Assembly: GCA_051294375.1 (NCBI GenBank)
Contig: CM119266.1
Coordinates: 18,470,087-18,534,086, forward strand
Length of the DNA: 64,000 nucleotides
Reading direction: 5' to 3'
From: Paraspadella gotoi
Taxonomy: Eukaryota > Animalia > Chaetognatha
The position numbers and the translations under genes are program-made. Below, one piece after another: positions 50,643 through 64,000 of the stretch. How positions within the stretch are numbered: position 1 is the first letter of the stretch; each line of letters opens with the position of its first letter. The notes under the pieces were generated by a model. It searched no databases. It saw only the letters and a list, made by a program, of their open reading frames with translations, and was not told the DNA's origin.

Positions 50643-51381
50643 CCCGGTTCAGTCTCGTACTCCGTCCGTCGTGCCGCGGTTGAAATGAATTTCCATTCTT
50701 TTGAGTCTTCGTTTTTTGCTTCCCACATCAACCAAAACTGCGTTCAGAGAATTTCCTTACGCCTTATTCTCTGTGCGTACATCTCCTCTGTGCGTACTTC
50801 TCCCCTTTTCGCACTTTTCTATTCTTTTTTGCTTATTTGTTTCGCGTTCAACTCTGTTTGTACTTTTCTGGATGCATTATTGCTCTCTTTTTTTTTCTCC
50901 TTGCGTATTCTCTTCTATTATTGTTTCGCTGACTTGCTCATCTCGATTTCCACTCGCATCGTCGTAAAGACAACGCAAGATATATAATGCGAATAAAAAT
51001 GAGAGAAAATATTCTCTGGACGAAAAAAAAAAGATCGGTTTTATAATCATTGGAATCGAATATAAATTTTGTATTTAAACATCGACGAGAATCAATTCGA
51101 GTAAAAATTCCGTTTATTATTAGGTTTTTTTTTTTTGGTTAAAGGTTTTATTTTCATAAGATCAAATTTTGTTTTTGTTTTGTTTTTGGTTTTTTTTTTA
51201 CATTTGTTTTAGCAAAAGCTATTAACAGATTAAGAAAATTGTATTCGATGATCAAACATCTTAAGATTTTAATTTCAGGACCGACCCACAGAAGGACAGA
51301 ATCTAAAAAATGCAAATATAAATGAAAAACTCGTATTGGATCTTCTCAAATATGTCATAGTGTAGCATATATACATTATAC

Positions 51382-51509
<128 letters not shown>

Positions 51510-52981
51510 CTCTCCCCTTTCCTCTCTCAGTCTATCTTTGTGTCTATCTCTTTTACCCTCCCATTTTTCTTTTTCTTCCTCGTTCGTCAGTCAACCGGTA
51601 AAAAACAGGATATCGCCGATCAAACGTTTTCTCTTTTTCTATTATGTAATGTCATGTTTATATTTCTTTTTGATAAAAAGTAAAAAATATATTTTTTTTT
51701 ACCTATTATTTCTGAGTTTTTTTTATTTAGATATTTTTCCTATTTTTACTCTTTCGTCTTTTTGGTCTTAAAATTAAATCTTTAAGATTTTGGAATTTTT
51801 TGTGTCATTTTGTGGTTCCGTCGTTTTATCCTTTCGATCAGGAATGAAATCTTCTAATTACTCTTAATTACAACAACAACAACAACAACCTAACAAAATA
51901 TAAAATCCCCATCCAGGAAGAGAGAAGAAACTGACGACATGCGAAAATTAAAAAAACCTAATGAGCCGAAGAATTTTTTTTTCATCAGGAAGAAAACTTA
52001 TAAAAAAAATATTTTATCAAATAAAAAAAAAAAATAAACAAAAAGGTTTTAAGGTTAAAAACACAAAGTAAATGAGGTAAAAAAGGAGCAAATTGTAAAA
52101 AAAAAAGAGCAAATTTGATTGTTTTCTCAATGAAATTAAAGATAAAAAAAGATAAAAAAAAAAATGGAGATAAAATTGGACTAAAACGAGCGACGATTCG
52201 GGTCGACGATATCAAAAAAAATCCAGTTTAGACTCGTTTTATTTCTAAGTTTCTAACTCGAGAATTTGAAAGTTTGACCCGATCCGGTAGGAATTCATAT
52301 CCCGTTTCTCCTCCGAGAATTTGCACCCGCTCCTACCAAGCGAAAACTGAGCTTTGCGCCCAGCCGATTCATACAAATTTACGGAACCGAGCGTCAAGCC
52401 AGAGGCAGAGGCAGAGCACAGTCAGATGCGAAGTCCCGGACGGTGAGTCGCTCTTGGCATGAGTCTTCCATAGATGTCGTTTGCTGTTCTCGTTATCACA
52501 CTCCATCTCTCTCCACCATTTGTTCATTTCATTTCCTTTCCTTTATATTTTCCTTATTTTCCTTTCTTTCTTCAAATCCAATGACAGAATGACAACTACA
52601 GTGGATCATATGACCTTTTCTGACAAAAGACATCCGTCGAATGCTTAAAAATTAAAAAAAAAACAAAAAAACTTTTACATAATGTAAACTTTCGTTCGCC
52701 TTTTTAAAATATTTTTCTATCAAGTTTTTCATCGAATTATCATTTTTTTGGGCTAATTCTTGTTTTAAGATCGAAAATAGAAAAGAGAAAATGAATAAAA
52801 AAGAAAGAATAAATTTGTAAAACGTTCATTTTAATTACGTCGTTTTGTTTTTAATTTCTCTTCATTTTTCCTAAATTTATGTTTATCTAATTTATATATG
52901 TCTTTCTTTATGCAAATTATCTTTTGTTATTCATAATATCTTCCTCTTATTATCTCTTGTTTGTTTTTTGAGCTCTTTGTC

Positions 52982-53036
<55 letters not shown>

Positions 53037-53052
<16 letters not shown>

Positions 53053-53388
53053 AACTTCGTTTTTCCGTCGTTTTGTGTCACGTTCTCTTGGTAGTAAATT
53101 GGCCGAGTGAGACTTCTGATGAAACCACAGATGGAGGCGAAGATGAACGCACGGATAAAGTGGAACTGCAATAGAACCGCTTAATAGAACCACGGATTAT
53201 TACCATAAATAAACCACATATGAAACCACCAAAATAAACCACTCATGAAACAGCCGATAGAACCACAGATTGAACCGAAAATAAACTTACAATGGAACCC
53301 CAAATAGAAGGCTAATAAAAAAGCTTCGTTGGCCACAGAAATGTGAGGAGGAATCCCTTCACAACCCAAATTGAAATGTGAGATCTCG

Positions 53389-53459
<71 letters not shown>

Positions 53460-54562
53460 CCTAATCATCCGTCCACTCTCTCTCCCACTTCACCTTTTTT
53501 CGTAATCGCTCTACATTTTCTCTCTCGTTCTCTTGACGTTTCTGCCTGATGGAAACTCATTCTGTCCATTCTCTCTTTTAACACTTTTTCCATTCAACCT
53601 CTCCTTGGTTATTTCTCCTCCTCCTCCTCCTCCTCCTCCCTTTCCCTTTATTTCTTTTCTTTCTTCCTCCTCTTCTCCTAGCCTACCTCTTTCCTTTCCT
53701 CCTTCTAATTTTACCCTTTCCTCTTTTCTCTAGAAACTTACTTCCTTTTTTCTCCCTCCTCCTCTTTTTTTCTCTATTTTCATTCTTTTCTCCCTATTTC
53801 TTTCCTTCCCTCTTCACTTCCTCCCTTCCTTCCTTTTCCCTCTCTGCCTCCCTCCTTCTCTATTCGTCCCACTTCTCGTCAAGGACGGTAAAAGGAATCG
53901 ATTATATGACGTTCGCGTCGTCGGTCGTCGTCGTCGTGTTTCGTCGTCTGGTTGTTGTTGTCGTCATCGTCATCGTTGTCGTTGGTCGTCGACGAAATCT
54001 GCTCGTGCAGCCTCAAAAGCTGTCCTATTCGTGCGTTTCGTCGTCGTCGTCCGTCGTGTCCTCATTTGGATTTTCGGTGTTTGACTTTTCCCCGAATGTG
54101 ATTCTTTGATGTCGAATGAATTCTTCACTTTATTTTCTTTCTAAGTCTTCACTTATATTATCTATTACATCATCATCATCTCATCATCATCATCATCCAT
54201 TCAATCATACATCATCATCATCAACATCATTCGTATCATCCATAGCATATCATTGTCGTCGTCGTCATCGTCCGCTTGCGTTGCCGTCTTCGTCAACAAC
54301 AACAAAAAGCAACCAAAAACCACAACAACAAGAACAACAACACACACAACAACGTCTTCAATAGACGCGCATTCAACTCGCATACTTACGTCTGAACCGC
54401 CACGTGTCAGCGTGTCAGTGTCGCGTGTCACGTCCCTCTAATTTCGCCGCCCAAAATTCAACGCATGACCAAATTCGATTTCCATTCAGGATTGCAAATT
54501 CATTTCTCTTTTGTATTTTCTTTTTTTTTCTTCTTTTCTTTTTTTCTTTTCTCGTACTTTTT

Positions 54563-54622
<60 letters not shown>

Positions 54623-54720
54623 TTCTTTTCTTTCTTTCTTTCTTTTTTTCTTTCTTTTTTCTTTCTTTATCTTCTTTTCGTTCTTTCCGCAATTTTCTCC
54701 TCTGACCCCCATCCTCTCTC

Positions 54721-54788
<68 letters not shown>

Positions 54789-56048
54789 TTCTCTTTTTTC
54801 TTCTAATCTTTCATTCACATCACGTGAAACCCATGACCTTGTGACCCTTCGTGCCTTCTACAATGAGCCTCACCCGTCACCGATTCACATCTCGCTCACG
54901 AGTAGAAGAGTGAACGGCCTCTCATTGCTTTCACTCCTATCACACTCTCACAATTCACCAATTTACTCACAAAAGAGTCATCACAAAAATAGTTTGTTGC
55001 TCTTAGGTCAAAATTATTTTCTGTCGTCGCCGGCGGTGAGCGATTCAGGTTTTTCACAAGATGAAAACAAAGTTCACAAATTCACATTAAATTAACCCGA
55101 GCGGAAACTAATCATTCTGCTCGACCGACCAGACGACGCGCAGATCGACGGACAGACCGACCGACCGACTCTTGCCGACAAAGTCGGCTAAATTAAAGGC
55201 AGGTAAGCTCACACGGTGGTGAGAGCTCTTGTTACGCCGGTCAGTCAACGCCATTCAAGCCACGCCATTAGCTACGTCACCAGTTCAATCTTCCGTCACC
55301 TGTCGGTTGTCACGTCAACTGTCAGTTGCACTGACGTCGCCTTGGACCGTCGCCGCCAACCACGACAACGCCTGTCAGGTCAAGATTACCGCTCGGGCGA
55401 TCGCCACTTACTTCAAGCGACAGCCGCCACCCGCGGCGCGACGACGAACTAATCAAGTCGAAATCCAAACAAAGTGAACAAATTGCGAATTCGAATTTTT
55501 TGAGACAGGCGGAACGAAAACAAAAAATTGCCACTATTTTTTCGAAAGCGGCCAATTCTGTTTCTAATTCTTCTAACTGGAGTTTTAAACCAAATTTTTA
55601 AAACCCTAATCTTTTTCGATAGAAATCCTTTCAAACCCTAATCCATTATCCCATAACTTTAATCTTTACACAAATGTCTTACCAAATTCTTTAACGTAAA
55701 TATAACGGTAAATTTAAATAGTTTTTATCTACGTTCTTTCTCGTCACTCTCTCAATTCTTAATTTAAGCCGAAATGAAGCGCGCCTTAGGAATAGATGGC
55801 CAAAAACAAACATTAAAACTCGTTCATGTCCTTAAATAAAGTAAAATCTTCTACAGTGATACAAGATTTGCAAATGACGATTTTTTAACTACGGGCTTGT
55901 AATATATGTATGTAATTTAATTAAACGAAGATTAAGATAATTTTTTTTAAGCTGTGAAATTACACAAATAAGAAAAATATCCTTCTCTTTCTGTCTCTCT
56001 GTGTCTTTTTGTTTGTCAAATCTGTTCTGTCGTCTCTGTCTGTCTTCT

Positions 56049-56088
<40 letters not shown>

Positions 56089-57702
56089 AGAGAGAGAAAA
56101 GAGAGAGATTTATTCTCGGGATCTGGTTCTTGAAATCGCGCCAAAAGTGTCTCTCTCTCTCTCTCTCTCTCTCCTCTTTCTCTCCCTCTCTTCTGTTTCC
56201 ATTACACGCATGGCTCTCACTTTACAAAGCACGCGTGTTTCCAGATTAAACCCAGAATTAACGAGTGCCAACTTATTAAAATACTACATCTGCTAAGGAA
56301 CGCTCAAAAAAAAAAAGGTAAAAAAAGACCGTAATTATAAAATTTAGAGTTTTAATTTATTTCCGGAGCGAACGACGACCTGCAAGCGACGACGAACGAA
56401 GACGACGACGGAGACGACGACGACGCTACAACTACGACTATGAACGGACGACAAAAGACGAACGACGACGAAGACGAGAAAAGTCGTAAAAAAAGAGGAA
56501 TGAAAGAGAAACAGTGAAACCGGTTTAAATCGAAATTGAGAATCGCGATTCGAGTTGAATCGTCGCTGACTTTACTGTTCGTTCGTCTCTTTTACTCACG
56601 TTGTTTCTTTTAGTTTCTCGTTGTTTCATTTGTTGTTCTTCACCCTTTTTGTTGTTTTCTTTTTTTCAAGCTTCTCCTCATTTTGTGATTTATTATTGTT
56701 GTTCTTCATCGTTTTGATTTTTATTATATTGTTTCATCGAATTGTTGGTTCTTCAATCTTCATGTGCTCTTCGTTTTCCGATGTTCCTAATGTTGTTATT
56801 TATAATTTGTCCATGTTTTTCTTTTTTTTTTTTTCATACTAGTTTTTATGTCTCAAGTTGTAATTTTTTTTATTTGCTCTTTTTTGTTCTTTGTAATTTT
56901 AGATTTTTCGAGTTTTTTATGTCGTTGTTGTTGTTGTGGTTGTTGTCGTTGTCGATTTTTTCCCGTTTTCCGACCTTTGCTCGTTTTTTGTCGTCGTCGT
57001 CGTCGTCCGTTCGTCTTTCGTCGTCGATTTTTAACGTTTTCGTCTTTTAGAAATTTTGTTTGCTCTTTTAATTGTAGTTACGTTGTAAACGCTGCAGTCT
57101 CTCTCTCGTCGGTGCGTACGTCTGTCGTAACGTCGTCGGCCGTCCATTGTCATCGTCTTCCCTATTCGACCATAAAAAACCCGAATGATATGTCTTTTAA
57201 ACGTAAACTTAATTTAACGAATACAAGGAATTACTTCGTTTGGGGCGGAAATTATTTTTTTTGGGGAAAGAAAAGGGAAACGTTTTGATGTCCTTTTTTA
57301 ATTTTTTATATTCTAATTAAATGCAACAAAAAAAAAAGTGGACGCGCGCAATATGTTCAAACGTCTTCTTAAAACTTTTTTTTTATTGATCTATTCCGCT
57401 AATTGTGTTAATGGTGACTCCGCTTTTACTGGAAAGGGATTGGAGAAATGATCGGACGGAAAATGAGAAAATGACGCATTGACAAAGATCGGGCAACGAT
57501 TAGCCTGGGTCGAGGAGAATGGAATCGAGGTTGTGAATACCTATTCTAAAAACTTGAGACGCTCATTTTAATTTTAATTTTTCCCATGTAGTATCATTTT
57601 TCTCCGTTTAGGATTGGTCTAGATTTAACAAAATGTTTGACGATAACGTAATAAATGTTACAGTCTGTACGCCGCATCTTTTTAAATGTTTTAAATTACT
57701 CC
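53037..57702 (+). repeat. Copy 1 of a ~4.6-kb non-coding near-duplicate
   Basis: Collinear with 59435-64000 (shared anchors ctactaaacttcg, ggtaaaaggaatcg, gagcgattcagg, aattactcc). Confidence 0.9.
53117..53312 (+). repeat. Degenerate 12-bp tandem repeat (gatagaaccaca-like)
   Basis: Repeated at(a/g)gaacc/ataaacc units at ~12-bp spacing, also present in copy 2 at ~59512-59703. Confidence 0.6.
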
Positions 57703-59434
57703 GATGCGTCATTATCTCCCGATAACTCCTTTTTTCCATTTTTTTTGCCAAGATATTTCTTATTTCTTCATCTTGACGTTAAAAAAAATCTCTCTAGTCT
57801 CTCCTTTTCTCCGCAGAGTGAGAGAGAGAGAAGAGCTAGAGAGAGAGACGATTGCAAGACATCGAATGAAAAGGGAAGAGGGAGAGAAAGGGAGGAGCTA
57901 GAGAGAGAGACGAATGAAAAGGGAGAGAGCGCAAGAGAGAGAGGGATATGGTGACCTTTGCTGATTTGAGTTCTGACCCATAGAAGTTTGGAACGAATAA
58001 GATTGAATTAGTTTGCTTTGATTACAAATAAACATCTGTTTAATTTATCTGTAAATTTACAGATGGTGATGGGACGGTGCGGCGCGGAATCGTTTACACA
58101 TTGACTCTGGATCGAAGCCTCGCCGTAAAAAAAAAAATCTGTGAATTCACTCCTGAAAAAAAATTTCCCTTGGAAGTCATCCGTTAAAAAATTCTACTGG
58201 TGAAATATCTGCTGAAAAAAGCCGTCACAAAAGAATTCCATGTCGTCTGGTAAGAGAAAATAAAAATAGTCGTCGTCTTCGCTATGGAATATAAATAAGG
58301 ATTAATTGACTTCATTTAAAAACGATTATAATAAATAATTTAAAATGCCAAAACCCGAAAAACTGGTCATCCGGCGGGTGACATCCAAACGGAAACTCAA
58401 CCCGCTCATAAAAAAGTAAGTTTATCTTTTTCCTTTGTGAACGCACGTCGTTTTCAGATCTGACAGAGTTCACGAGTGACATAAATATCCCACAGTTGGT
58501 GGAAATGACCTTCTGAGGATCTGCAATGCTACCGCTGCACCAATGATCACTGATGCATTGACATCGCGTCCACCAATGACCCTATCGTTCTTTACCAATT
58601 CGCGTCATTCGTAAAAAAGAATTTGGTCTTTTTTCCAAATGTGAAGAGAAGGAATTTTTTGAGTCTAGAGTCAGATCGCCCGGCCAAAAGGGAACTCTGA
58701 GGAATTAAGTAAATTTTTAATTGTAATGTATTATTGATGAAAAGCTTCCAACTGATTATCGTCCGTCGTCTATAAACCTTATTAAACGATCAACTAGAAT
58801 CGGAGACAATAGATTAAAAAAACCTAAACGCTTTTTTTTTCCTCTCTGAGAAAAGTTTTTTTTATCTGTCAGAATAATGTAAACGGGAAATCTTTAATAA
58901 GATTATATTTAATGATTCGTCGTTGTTGTCGTCATCGTCTTCATTGTCGTCGTCTCCTTTTTAAAAACGAAAGAAAGTGTTTTTCTCGATTGATTTCGAA
59001 AATCATCTGTCATCATCATCATCATCATAATCAAAATCATCATCATCATAAAGAATAAGTTTTTCTCTCTCTCTTTCTCTTCCAAAATTAAAAAAAAAAA
59101 GCTAGTAAACGATAGTGACCGGACGAAAGACCGGCCAGTCAATTCGGTGACCTCGGAAATATGTAAAAGAGAGAAATAGAGAGAGAGAGAGAGGCGAGGC
59201 ATCATAAAAGAGAGAAAGAAGTACAAAGATTCTGTCTTCCATTCCTCGTTATATCTAACAATTTTTCAGCCATATTGGTTTAAAGTTCCGCATTTCAGTT
59301 AATTAATTAAGTTTTTCGATTTAAAGATTAGGTAGTGGTTATGGTTATGTTAGGCGATAGGTTTAAGAATTGGGTTAGTGACTCGGTCAGTATTAGGGAT
59401 AGAGATTAANNNNNNNNNNNNNNNNNNNNNNNNN

Positions 59435-60503
59435 TCTCTCTCTACTAAACTTCGTTTTCCGTCTGTTTTGTGTCACCGTGCTCTTGTAGTAAATTGGCCG
59501 AGTGAGACTTCTGATGGAACCACAGATGGAGGCGAAGATGAACCACGGATAAAGTGGAACTGCAGATAGAACCGCTAATAGAACCACGGATTATACCATA
59601 AATAAACCACATATGAAACCACAAATAAACCACTCATGAAAACACCGATAGAACCACAGATTGAACCGAAAATAAACTACAGATGGAACCCCAAATAGAA
59701 GGACTAATAAAAAGCTTCGTTGGGCCACAGAAATGTGAGGAGGAATCCCTTCACAACCAAATTGAAATGTGAGATCTGCCGTTCCTCTCNNNNNNNNNNN
59801 NNNNNNNNNNNNNNNNNNNNNNNNNNNNNNNNNNNNNNNNNNNNNNNNNNNNNNNNNNNNNNNNNNNNNNNNNNNNNNNNNNNNNNNNNNNNNNNNNNNN
59901 NNNNNNNNNNNNNNNNNNNNNNNNNNNNNNNNNNNNNNNNNNNNNNNNNNCTCCTCCTCCTCCTCCTCCTCCTCCCTTTCCTCCTTTATTTCTTTTCTTT
60001 CTTCCTCCTCTTCCTCCCTAGCCTACCTCTTCTCCTTTCCTCCTTCTATTTTCCCTTCCTCTTTTTCTCTAGAACTTACTTCCTTTTTTCCTCCCTTCCT
60101 CCTTTTTTTTCTCTCTTATTTCATTCTTTTCTCCCTATTTCTTTCCTCCCTCTTCTACTTCCTCCCTTCCTTCCTTTTCCCTCTCTGCCTCCCTCCTTCT
60201 CTATTCGTCCCACTTCTCGTCAAGACGGTAAAAGGAATCGATTATATTGACGTTCGCGTCGNNNNNNNNNNCGTCTTCGTCGTCCTGGTTGTTGTTGTCG
60301 TCATCGTCATCGTTGTCGTGGTCGTCGACGAAATCTGCTCGTGCAGCCTCAAAAGCTGTCCTATTCGTGGTCGTCGTCGTCGTCGTCGTGGTCCTCATTT
60401 GGATTTTCGGTGTTTGACTTTTCCCCGAATGTGATTCTTTGATGTCGAATGAATTCTTCACTTTATTTTCTTTGTCCCTAATATCTTTAACATCATCATC
60501 ATT

Positions 60504-60564
<61 letters not shown>

Positions 60565-62387
60565 ACATCATCATCATCATCATCATCGTCATCCTCATCG
60601 TCATCATAATCATTGTCGTCGTCGTCATCGTCCGCTTGGTTGCCGTCTTCGTCAACAACAACCAAAAAGCAACCAAAACCACAACAACAAGAACAAGAAC
60701 AACAACAACAACGTCTTCAATAGACCGCATTCACTCGCGATACTTAACGTCTGAACCGCCACGTGTCACGTGTCACGTGTCGCGTGTCACGTCCCTCTAA
60801 TTTCGCCGCCCAAAATTCCAACGCATGACCAAATTCGATTCCATTCAGGATTGCAAATCATTTCTCTTTTGTATTTTCTTTTCTTTTTATCTTTTTCTNN
60901 NNNNNNNNNNNNNNNNNNNNNNNNNNNNNNNNNNNNNNNNNNNNNNNNNNNNNNNNNNNNNNNNNNNNNNNNNNNNNNNNNNNNNNNNNNNNNNNNNNNN
61001 NNNNNNNNNNNNNNNNNNNNNNNNNNNNNNNNNNNNNNNNNNNNNNNNNNNNNNNNNNNNNNNNNNNNNNNNNNNNNNNNNNNNNNNNNNNNNNNNNNNN
61101 NNNNNNNNNNNNNNNNNNNNNNNNNNNNNNNNNNNNNNNNCTCTCTCCTCAAATCTTCATTCACATCACGTGAACCCATGACCTTGTGACCCTTCGTGCC
61201 TTCTACAATGAGCCTCACCCGTCACCGATTCACACTCTCGCTCACAGAGAGAAGAGTGAACGGCCTCTCATTGCTTTCACTCCTATCACACTCTCACAAT
61301 CACAATTTACTCACAAAAGTCATCACAAAAAATAGTTTGTTGCTCTTAGGTCAAATTATTTTCTGTCGTCGCCGGCGGTGAGCGATTCAGGTTTTCACAA
61401 GATGAAAACAAAGTTTCACAAATTCACATTAAATTAATCCCGAGGCGGAACTAATCAGTTCGCTCGACCGACAGACCGACCGACAGATCGACCGACAGAC
61501 CGACCGACCGACTCTTGCCCGACAAAGTCGGCTAATTAAAGGCAGAGTAAGCTCACACGGTGGTGAGAGCTCTTGTTACGCCGGTCAGTCAACGCCATCA
61601 GCCACGCCCATTAGCTACGTCACCAGTTCAATCTTCCGTCACCTGTCGGTTGTCACGTCAACTGTCAGTTGCACCTGACGTCGCCTGACGTCGCCTGCCA
61701 ACCCACGACAACGCCTGTCAGGTCAAGATTACCGCTCGGGCGATCGCCACTTACTTCAAGCGACAGCGCCACCCGCGGCGCGACGACGAACTAATCAAGT
61801 CGAAATCCAAACAAGTGAACAAATTGACGAATTCGAATTTTTTGAGACAGCGGAACGAAAACAATAAAAATTGCGACTATTTTTCGAAAGCGGCCAATTT
61901 CTGTTTCTAATTCTTCAACTGGATTTTAAACCAAATTTTTAAACCTAATCTTTTTCGATAGAAATCCTTTCAAAACCCTAATCCATTATCCCTAACTTTA
62001 ATCTTTACCAAATGTCTTACCAAATTCTTAACGTAAAATATAACCGTAAATTTAAACTAGTTTTTATCTACGTTCTTTCTCGTCACTCTTCTCAATTCTT
62101 AATTTAAGTCCGAAATGAGGCGCCTTAGGAATAGATGGCCAAAAACAAATATTAAAACTCGTTCATGTCCTAAATAAAGTAAAATCTTCTACAAGTGATA
62201 CAAGTTTGCAAATGACGATTTTTTAACTACGGGCTCTCGTAATATATGTATGTAATTTAATTAAACGAAGATTAAGATAATTTTTTTAAGCTGTGAAATT
62301 ACACAAATAAGAAAAATATCCTTCTCTTTCTGTCTCTCTGTGTCTTTTTGTTTGTCAATCTGTCTGTCTGTCTCTGTCTGTCTCTCT

Positions 62388-62439
<52 letters not shown>

Positions 62440-63306
62440 AGAGAGATTTATTCTCGGGGATCTGGTTCTTGAAATCGCGCCAAAAGTGTCTCTCTCTCTC
62501 TCTCTCTGTTTCCATTACACGCTGGCTCTCAACTTTACAAAGCACGCGTGTTTCCAAGATTAAACCAGAATTAACGAGTGCCAACTTATTTTAAAATACT
62601 ACATCTGCTAGTGAACGCTCAAAAAAAAAGGTAAAAAAAGACCGTAATTATAAAAATTTAGAGTTTTAATTTTTTTCCGGAGCCGAACGACGACCTGCAA
62701 GCGACGACGAACGAAGACGACGACGACGACGACGACTACAACTACGACTATGAACGGACGACAAAAGACGAACGACGACGAAGACGAGAAAAGTCGTAAA
62801 AAAAGGGAATGAAAGAGAAACAGTGAAACCGGTTTAAATCGAAATTGAGAATCGCGATTCGAGTTGAATCGTCGCTGACTTTACTGTTCGTTCGTCTCTT
62901 TTACTCACGTTGTCTTTTTAGTTTCTCGTTGTTTCATTTGTTGTTCTTCACCCTTTTTTTGTTGTTCTTTTTTTCAGCTTCTCCTCATTTTTGTGATTAT
63001 TATGTTGTTCTTATCGTTTTGTTTTTATTTATATTGTTTTCATCGAAATTGTGGTTCTCAATCTCATGTTGTTCTCTTCGTTTTCCGATGTTCCTATGTT
63101 GTTATTTATAATTTGTCCATGTTTTTTTTCTTTTTTTTTTTTTCATACTTAGTTTTTATGTCTCAAGTTGTAATTTTATTTTATTTTGCTCTTTTTTGCT
63201 TCTTTGTAATTTTACGATTTTTCGGTTTTTTATCGTTCGTTGTTGTTGTTGTGGTTGTTGTCGTTGTCGATTTTTTTTCCCGTTTTCCGAACCTTTGCTC
63301 GTTTTT

Positions 63307-63337
<31 letters not shown>

Positions 63338-64000
63338 TCGTCGTCGATTTTTAACTTTTTCGTCTTTGAAATTTTGTTGCTCTTTTAATTGTAGTTCACG
63401 TTGTAAACGCTGCAGTCTTCCTCGTCGTCGTCGTCGTCGTCGTCGTCGGTGTGTCTGTCATTGTCATCGTCTTCCCTATTCGACATAAAAAACCGAATGA
63501 TATGTCTTTTAAACGTCAAACTTAATTTAACGAAAACAAGGAATTTACTTCGTTTGGGGCGGAAATTATTTTTTTGGGGGAAAAAAGGGAACGTTTGATG
63601 TCCTTTTTTAATTTTTTTATTCTAATTAAATGGCAACAAAAAAAAAGTGGACGCGCGCAAATGTCAAACGTTCTCTTAAAACTTTTTTTATTATCTATTC
63701 CGCTAATTGTGTAATGGTGACTCCGCTTTACTGAAAGGGATTGGGAGAAATGATCGGACGGAAAATGAGAAAATGATCGCATTGACAAGATCGGGCAACG
63801 ATTGCTGGGTCGAGGAGAATGGAATGCGAGGTTGAATACTATTCTAAAAACTTGAGACGCTCATTTTAATTTTAATTTTTCGCATGTAGTATCATTTTTT
63901 CTCCGTTTAGGATTGGTCTAGATTTAACAAAATGTTTGACGATAACGTAATAAATGTTACAGTCTGTACGCCGCATCTTTTTAAATGTTTAAATTACTCC
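59435..64000 (+). repeat. Copy 2 of the near-duplicate, beginning at an N gap
   Basis: Starts right after the N run at 59410-59434. N runs replace microsatellites of copy 1, and differences are mostly 1-nt indels. Confidence 0.9.

Noticed and set aside
58345-58480. Two-exon 30-aa basic peptide (MPKPEKLVIRRVTSKRKLNPLIK|KSDRVHE)
   Set aside because: Splice sites are plausible, but it is too short and featureless to support.

Overview
Eukaryotic (animal, most likely arthropod judging by the SPS1 C-terminus ...[10 protein letters not shown]) genomic window with GC-rich exons, AT-rich introns and many (CT)n/(GA)n microsatellites. 0-43 kb is gene-bearing. On the minus strand are the 5' end of Rab10, a disrupted mono-ART-type PARP and an intact but motif-degenerate Rab10-like paralog. 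On the plus strand are a ~26-exon, ~2250-aa multi-zinc-finger gene (3699-23069), a small CATIP-C-terminal/RIIa-like gene, selenophosphate synthetase (SPS1-like, altered at the Sec site, with an antisense nested gene) and an MGA-domain-like low-complexity gene. The zinc-finger gene's introns hold a Tc1/mariner-type MITE interrupted by a TRIM-like LTR element, two related solo LTRs with tRNA-like Pol III boxes, and a full-length DIRS1-like tyrosine-recombinase retrotransposon. Its ICR lies near the 5' end inside an apparent gag intron, the most unusual structure seen. 43-64 kb is essentially non-coding, with satellites and a gap-associated ~4.6 kb near-duplicate that is probably an assembly artefact. 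All gene models were read by eye; no database searches were run.
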